Below are positions 53,301 through 62,300 of a DNA stretch of 64,000 bases, one piece after another; the first letter of the stretch is position 1; every line of letters starts with the position of its first letter. A program made the position numbers and the translations under genes. The stretch comes from Giardia intestinalis (taxonomy: Eukaryota): the NCBI GenBank assembly GCA_000002435.2, contig CM018791.1; one strand, given 5' to 3'. Below the pieces are notes generated by a model. It saw nothing but the letters and a program-made list of their open reading frames with translations. It did not search any database and had not been told where the DNA came from.

Positions 53301-56300
53301 GTTTGCAGTCAGAGAGTTGAAAAAGTGAGAACAGGTCGAGCTTGTCCATGGCCACAATGTTAACATTGCATTCGTGCAGTCTCTTCTGGAGCATTATCTC
53401 GAGGAAGTTCTTCATCTGTACTGGGGCATCTGGCACCTGCGGTCGGACCAGCGTGAGCTTACTGTCAGTCTTTTCTGCCATCTTCGCTTGTGCCTGCGCA
53501 GCATCTTCCAGCTTTTTAGTTGCTCTACTTAGACGCATCTCCTTGTGCAGGTCAACGAGATTGGTTACTAATTCTAAGATGGGAGACTTGACACTGCCCA
53601 GCACCTTTGCACGCATGCACTCGCTAGACGATACTACCATAATGTCTTTAGAAAAGATCTTATCGGCACAGTTGAGGGGGAAATCATCGATGATCACAAC
53701 GCTAAGAGTGAGTGATAGGATTGAGACTAGAACGCGTGAATCTGCCACGATATCCAAACCTAAACCAAATGTCGCGAGATTACAAAGACACTGGATCTCT
53801 TCTTCGTCAAAGATGGACTGAAGAATGTTCAGGGGCTCGAGGCTCCGGCAAAGAAGTGAGTAGGCCGTGACCCCCGTTGGGGACGTCCTCATTAGGGTGG
53901 ACATTGGGGTCATGATTAGGACATTCATAGGACTGTGAAGTAGACACTTACTCATGATGGTATCTCGTGTTACCTGCTTGTTAGCGTCGTGGCCTTGAGG
54001 AGCAACATCCACCTCGTCCAAATTGACATGATCTTCTAAAAGCAGTTTGGAGTACTGTTCTATCTTTATCAGGTATTCGGACCAGGACATGACTGCAAAA
54101 GGTAGCTGAGAAATACCCCGTCCTGTACCAATCACGCGGCTAGGAAGCGAGGTAGTTAGAGCCGAGTTGACGCTGAAACCCAGGTTGAGAAGCGACGGAG
54201 AAACAGTGTTTGCTGAGGACTTTGCAGTCAAGAGTATTTCTGGCTTTATTCCTAACGCCATGGCAAAAGACACTCGCAAAATCATGATGAGCGCCAGAAA
54301 ATCTAGTGTGTCGCTGTTGTACAGGCTCGTGCTTTGTAGCTCTGCAATCATCTTTTTAAGGTTGTCGATCAGGTCCAGGTTTTCTTTTGGCTCTTTTCGG
54401 TCCCCTCTAGGCGGTCGCTTAGTCCGTAGCACAGTTTGTCCGTCCAGATGACTCAGGATTGTTGTTACGTCGATTAAAATCCTCTGTTGGCTCGATTTTT
54501 TGCCAGTTTCTGAGAGCCCGACGGCCGATGTAGCTGCCGACATGCTGGAAAGCTTACTCCTGCTACTCCCCTTTGAAATCTCAGATTGCGCGTCATCAGG
54601 ATCCTCGTCCGCGGCAGCCCTGTTCATCTCTGTAAGCGTCTGCTTGAACCTATCAGAGCTGAGAATAGTATAGTTCCCTAGAGCAGCAAACAGTCTAACA
54701 AGCTGATTGTAGGAGTTGCTTGGGGCGTTATCAATACGAATGATGGCCTTGTTAGGCTTCATGGAAAGCATAGTGAGCAGAGGGAACCCGTCAAACTGGG
54801 TTTGCTCATCGCCGTCTTCGTGCTCCTGCCGAGCTATATCTTCTGCGACCTTAACTTCGTTCTCAAGAGAATCAACAACCTCTGTGATGACCTCTCTATC
54901 TTCTTGACTCATATCTGAAGAGTAAAGAGAAGCTGCTATCTGCTGAGGATCAGTCAGGATGTCGGTTGCCGAGGAGTCCTTCGGGACCCCAGTTGTTGCT
55001 ACCTTCGTATACGCTAGAATGCGTGCAGCATAAATACTGGCATGCTTGAGAATCTGCAGCCTAGTAGGAAATATCGGATCCTCGCCATAGAGGGAGCTCA
55101 TACTTCCCCCGCTTCTGATGCTAATACCATACGTTAGGAGGCAATTAAGTTTTGCAAGGTTGAGCTCCCTGCGCGTAGCTATAACAAGAAATGCTTCTAG
55201 TGCGCGACACGTGATAAACGGATCTAGGTCTTGGCCGTAAAGCTTAACCATGGACATGAGATGCACAAACCAAAAAGGATTGGTGCTCCGATAGTTGAGG
55301 CTTAAGAACGACGACCTATCAACTAGAGTCTTGAAGAGATTGACCGGGGAATCCCTCAGGTCTACCTCTGTGACGTGATGAGATATCAGCGTATTAATCA
55401 TGTATTGATTTCCGAGTCTGAATGTAGAGGCTTGGGCATCTGCAATGTCAGACTTGGTGCTTTTCGTGGTGATCTGTATGTTTGCCGTGTCTAAAGTTTT
55501 ATTAGTTGCAGTTTGCTGCATTCCGGTGCCTGTTTGAGTGCCGCCTTGCTCACGCCTAGCTGTCATGTAGTTAATAGACTGGTTCAATACATACCGCTCC
55601 CACGCCGTGACAAGGATGAAGTTTCCCTTGACTAAAAGTCGTGCGTCACTCCACGGTGTAGTAGAGCTAGCTTGTGATTTCTGGGCCAGCTGCTGTTTGT
55701 GCAGAGCAGTCAGTTGGTCCTCACCACTGTTGTCTGCCTCATCATCCAAATATCCTAAAATACTTAGGCTTGCAAACCGCTCTATAATTCCCTGTAGGAC
55801 AACGAGATTTGTCTCCGAAAGATTGCGGAGGGCACCAAATAAGGAATGGATATTGGCATTAGATAGCTCCCTATCCCTGTTAGCTTTAATAATACTCGTG
55901 ATAGAGTCGGGCGGAAGTCGTCCAGGGTGTTTCCCCATGGTCTGGTACGCCTCTATTGTTGCGAGCATGTCATCGCTGATGTCAGCAGGGTCCTTCATCA
56001 AAAAGGAGTTGTAGTTCTTCAGCCTGTCAAACACTGTGAAGCTATTGATAAGCCCCACCGGGAGAGACCCTTTAATAAGGAAGTATCCATTAATAAACTG
56101 GAAAATCCACGATTCGGTATGGTGAGGATACACCTTCAGGAATAGACTGCGAAGGAAGGGCTCTGTAAGCGGCGGCATTTTAATTGTCAAGGCGGCATTC
56201 TGGGCAATCTCAGTATTGAATCTATCACACTCGATAATGAAGCTACAGTCGGATAACGATGCACACCCAGTTTTAAAGCTTTGAAGTGTTTCTGGGTAGA

Positions 56301-59300
56301 TAGAGTTGGGTAGGATCACAGATGAAGGCATTTGGCTGTATGATTTGCGAAGCACCACGTCCTTTTCAGCAACATCCATCAGAATGACATGGTCCCTTAG
56401 TAGAAGTGCGATGTGCTCGGAGATTTCTGCACTCCGACAGTCTGAACAGTGCAAGTGGAAAGAAGGGAAACTCAAAGAGCTGTAGTAGTCAAGTATCATA
56501 TTGCTGTCTTCGTCATGGATAGCCGCTGTAGTGCTGCTATGCCTGTTTGCGGATGACTGTGCTGCTCTGCGAAGAGTGAACTTCTGTGCAATACCAGTAA
56601 GCACAGAAAACGTTGAGGAGTCGCTATGCAAATCAGACAGTAAAATCATGTTTGTATCGACCATATCCCGAACCAGAATCTTGGCAGCATCCAAGATAGT
56701 TGTCTTCCCAGATCCCCGCTCCCCCACAAGGGCCAGAGAAATAGGACTGAGCATAGCACACCCAAGGACCACCAAAATGGCTGCCCTATGGGAGTCAAAA
56801 TAAATGGGACTGTCCAACAGCGAGTGAAGACTGGGTCTTTCCCCTCTGTCCTTATCGAGAATGATTTCATTAATATCACTTTTCTCTCGCTTCTGCTGTC
56901 GCTTTGCAGCCATTCCGCGTGCAAGGTCGTCATCGTCGTCGCCCGATTCGCCTTTTGCTTCGTTAGCCTGCTCCTCGGTGTCCTTATTAAGTCGTGCCTC
57001 ATATGCCTGCTTTCTTCGTAGACACAACGTTTTTTCTGCGATATACAAAATGTTCTTCTCTAAGGACACCTTATCAGCATCAAGGATAACATTATTGAGC
57101 AGGCCCTCTCCTACCTTATATGTGCGGAACTCGACGCGGGCATGGAAGTGATTGTAATGTTTAGACTTCTTCTCCTTATTGATGCCGAACTTGTAATCGA
57201 GGTAACTAAACGTGTCACCGGACATATACTTTGGCACGATATGAGTGACCTCTTGCATGGTATTTCGAATTCCGGTCATAAGCTGCTCGTTTGTAAGTCC
57301 GTGGTTGAGTTTGGCCAAGGAGAGTTTTTGGGAGACAGTGTAACTAGCCAAGCACTCCCTCTTCAAAGATGGAAGAGATTGATCTGCTTCTGATAAAATC
57401 AAAACTATGGCGGCTATCATTGAGCAAAATGTGCCGTGGCTGACTTTCTGTAATTCAGAAAGCTCAGCTATGACTTTCGTATATCTTTTCAATAGCAAAT
57501 CGTGTGCTGTCTTTGGTCCCTGTGCTAAGAGGCGCTCCCAGTTGCTACTTGCAGTGAATGTGAGATAAAAAAGAGAGCATGCATTCCAGATTGCGCAGAA
57601 AAATGGGGTGCATATGTTAATGAACGCAGTCATGTGCTTCTTTGGATGGAAAAACGCCTCGTTGAGATACTTTTCTGTGAATCCAAAGGATAGACTGCCT
57701 TGGAAGCCTATTCCGAAAGGTATTATATCGTTTTCTGCATTAAGAAGAACAGTGTGGTTGATTATTTCAGAAACGTTAGCTGAATTGCCAGCTTCTGCCG
57801 TCAACTTCTTCATTTGAGCCTCCAGACTCATTAGGGTGTTCTTTGAAAAGCCGGCAACCTCTGAAAAAGGGTACAGATCATCAGACACCCGAACACGCGA
57901 CTGCATAAGGTTTCCTAGTACAAATAGCTGCTTCCGCTTCACCTGTAGAACATTAGCATCAGACGACAGGTGGCCGACATATGTATTCTCAGATTTGTGC
58001 TTCCCGGCCTTCTGTGATTTCTCATGCATCTGAGTGGTGGTAAGATACTGGGCTCCGAGAATTCTTGTCATAGCGTTAATATCGCGTCCTCTTTGACCCA
58101 TAGCAACCTCAGATATGCGCTGGACACAAGCAGATGCCGTGTTTTGATCAAATTTATCACTTACTGTGCAGATCTCTTTGAGGAAGTCATTTTGCAATCT
58201 GCGCTTTCTTGGTGTAACAACTCCATTACGACAGAGGTTGAAGTAGATGATAGACCGCAAGAGATACACCTCCTCTATACTTCTCCCGTAGCCAAATATC
58301 TTTGTAATGACGTCGTAATAGAAGGATATCACCCCCTTCACAAAGGTGGGAAGTGCAGAGATGCGCTTTTCTGCTGTTATCAAGAGCCGGTCCTTGAGCG
58401 AGCTGTGGAGTAAGATCGACCTATAGTTGGTCACAACACTTTCTAGAGCACACGAAAGCGGACTGGCTGGATCATCCCCGTATTGATTCACGTGTTCCAT
58501 ACCCTCCAGTGCGGCGTCCAAATCGCGTTTCCAAAGCATGTGGTTACGGTGCACAAGACTGAGGAGCTGCGCTTCTTCAATATGCAGGCTGCCCTGGCAT
58601 ATCTTTTTAGACCCGTCTGCGCCCTCGATGGACGGAAGCAAAATCAGACGGTGGCATATTGATTTGATAAGCGGATAACCAATTATGTCCGGGAGGAAAC
58701 TAGGACTGAAAACAATAAGGTAATGTGGTCCGTGTGTTACATCAATCTGGATTTGTGACAGGTTCTTGTCGTCTGTTAGGACAGGGAATCCAAGGGATAC
58801 ACTGATAATTATTTCAAACATCTGAAGGAATGCACTGACATTGGATGGTGCGATGACGATCAGGTGCTCCTGAACGGGTTTGTCGTTTGCAATGCTATCG
58901 CTGAGATCGATTGCCTGGATGGCTTTATGTGCGCTATAAACAGACGTGGCGTTGAAGCAATAGTGCATACGCCAGCCGCGCACAGCAGCAAGGATACTAG
59001 CAAAGGTTTTGAGGTAAGAGATTTGCGGAACAACCACCAAGACTGGCTTGTATGACCGCAAAAGGTCGTTACAAAACAGAACGTCATAGACTGTTTGGAG
59101 GGAAAGCTGATGTGCTTGCGAGAACATGTTAATATACCACTGAAATTGCTGGGACAAGTAGCGCGAAAGACTATCTGTGTAATACTTTAGAAAACTCACC
59201 TGCTTGATTGGCGCATTCTTAGCTTTGTCCATTTCATAAGTATCTCCAGTTTCTGCATACTTCAGTCCCAGATGAACCCGAGCAGACTCAACGGTCCCTA

Positions 59301-62300
59301 GGAAATTGCGAGCCAGGCGGCCTATGTGCATTGAGTTCATCTTGTCGAGGCCAAATGCTGCGCATACAAACTGTGAATAGACAGTGGTCAATGACCTTAG
59401 CTCATGCCGCGTGGCCTTCAGTGAGAGAAAGCTTCCTGTCTGTCGCAGGATATAGTCAAGTGTCACTGCTGCAACACAAGATGTGTCGGACTTATCTTTG
59501 GCGCGGCTATAGATCATCTGGACATCGGAAGCTAGCAATCTACAAGAAAGAGGACCCATGGAGGCCAGGAAGTTATTGAGTTCGCAAAATGTGTGATAAT
59601 ACTCCGGTGATACCTTCTTAAATGATGACTCGGGCTGGTCAAATTCCAAGTATACGAGCTCTGAATGCTTAAACGCATTGATGCAGCTCTTTCCATGCTC
59701 TGTAAGGTGGTATACCGCTGCATAATTGTCCTGGACCTTGCTCAGTTCTTCGCCGCCAGACTGAGGTCCAGGATCAGTTGTTGATGTTTGGCTCTCTGGA
59801 TTTGCTTCATGCTCCTCCTTTTGGGCAAAGAAAAATTTGTCAGCTGTGATAATGGGTGCGAGCTCGGGAAGATGGAAGATCAGCAAGCCGTGATCCGAGA
59901 AGTCTGAGAAGTCCGCAATCTTAACTGTGACCCTGGATTGTATGTAGTTTAGTTCAGGACTGCCAAAGAACAGCTTGCTTTTTATGGCCTTCTTCTTCTC
60001 AGCAGCGCTTATTTCATGGGTAACGCAAAGCGTTTCGAGGGGACCGGCCTTTCTGCGCAAGCTATGCGATAGTTCTACCAGCTCCAGGATCTGCGGTGTT
60101 GGCAAGTACTGCAACCCGAATACGAGAACCACATATCCGGCGCAAAGACAGGCGGTGATCCGCTGCAAACACTTCACAAACGTGAACTCTGCAACGCAGA
60201 CACATACCAGTCGTCGACCAAGTAGGTGGCACGTGTGCAGAACCAATTTCGTTGGCTCTTGGGTATAGATGGACCGAGTAGCTGCTGTTAGAAGGAATAC
60301 TGGAAGACCCATGGAAAATCCATTAACTATCGACGTCGCAGCATACCTATATTGTAAAGGAATGGCTGAAATAATGTCCAACGGAGTCGGGGCACCGATC
60401 CAGTGAGGCCCGTATGTAATTAGAAACTCACTGAGTGACGATGTGACATACAGATCATGGGTTGTAGGGTTGTAGACGGTGAAGGTGATGCTATTATTCA
60501 TTGAGAGTATCCTGTTTAGGTCATCGCCGCGGAGGATCTTCTTTAGGTCTTGGAGGTACTCGCACCAATCAGCCATGTGCTGAATAAATACCTTTACATA
60601 TATAGGATTCTTTTGCATGCTATTGATCTTCACCGCGAGTATAAGGTTTTGGAAAAAGTCAAGAAGTTCTGCCAGATCATTATATGTGGGGTTTTTAACA
60701 AGCGCGAATCTGAAGAGTAAGCTGCGGGTCTTCTCTAGCAACCAGGTGGATATTGCTATGATAACTGCGCGAAACAGGTTGGTCTTAAGATAGTTGGAGA
60801 ACCCATCTGGATCTCTGATCATCGGCGAGGAGGCCAACTTCTGCTTATTTCTTTCTAACTCCTCGTTGATAGGTGCACTTTTGGTCACAGATGATGCTGA
60901 TTGACTGACCGACTGTGCCATCTGCTCCAGGTGTAAATAGGTAAAAAACCCTTCCGGAGGTGCTTCACCATGGAGCCCCTTGCCCGTAAACTTCATGTAA
61001 GCCACTGCAAATTCATCCCACGCTTTCTTAACAGCATCCACAAAAGATGCACGGGTTTCTGCGGCTACAGCGTCTGGTACAAGATAAATGACATTGGGTG
61101 CCTCAACAGGAGTGGTGAACATTAAGCTTTCGTCACCAGATCGTATGCCATTTATGATGGAGCCACGAATAGACGACGAGTCAATAAGATACTCGTCCAT
61201 TCCGTGAAAAACCTCATAACTCAGAGAAGTAACCAGCTTGAAAAGGCTCTTTTTTAGTGGAAAACAGCCACAAAACACCTGGCACACAGACGAGCAGAAA
61301 AGTGCGGAAGGAAAATTCTTCCCGTTGCTCCAGGGAATGAACTTCCGTGGGCCAATGGAAAGAGTCTCCGGGTCGGATGTCTTTACTGAGTAGTATGGAG
61401 AGAAGGTGGTCGTAGTCGAGCTTTTAGTAGCCAGGTCTTGAAACGACTGCAGAATGGCGAAATCTTGGTAGAAGTGAATGCGCTTATGAATAGCATCGAC
61501 CTCAAGCATGTGCTTAGAGAGGGTCTTGAGAACGTTCATGTTAATAACTATACAGAGGAAGGGCACAGACGTGCTCATAGAACGTGCCGTAGAGATATTT
61601 CTTAGAATTCGTGCTCCAAGGGACTTTTTCTTCATAATCTCCTCTACAGAGCAATACTTCGTGATCACGTCTCTCCAGGCGGCACATGCAGCCTGAAGCG
61701 TTGTGATATCTTGCTTTGACAGTATGTTGACAGTAAAGGCTTTCCTCCCCTGTTCTGTCTTTAGCCTTGTAGCCAGTTTTGCCCGTTCTGCCTCTGTGAG
61801 TTCTGCTCCTCCAAAACGCTTGGCCAACTGGTTGGGCGAGGGAGACGCATCACCTGGTGCTGCCACGTCCTTGATAATCTTCTTATGATAGTTGGTGAAG
61901 AGAGTTTCTTGGGGGCCCGTGAAATTGATCAGGTTGGCGTTGGCCTGGTAGGTGAGGAGATCTTGTAGCACAAATGGCATGCGCTTAAATATCGTAATGA
62001 GAAAGAGCATTAGCTGTGCCAATGCCTCGAGATCGCGTGCATACTCCTCTACATTCTGCGTGTATCGCCATTGCTGGAGATATTGTCGATGTGCGTCAAA
62101 GGCCTCAGACAAGTAGCGTGCAGTCAGGATGGTGCTCTTACTGGCCACATATGCCAGGTTAATGTCGAAGGATTGAGTATAGTCTATGTATCGTGTCCCA
62201 ACGTATCCAAGATTATTTAGCACAAGGGAAATCGTTACTAAGGCCTCTCTGCATATCTCTTCCGCGTTGGCGGGCGTGATAATGGCAAAGTCTATGGCAT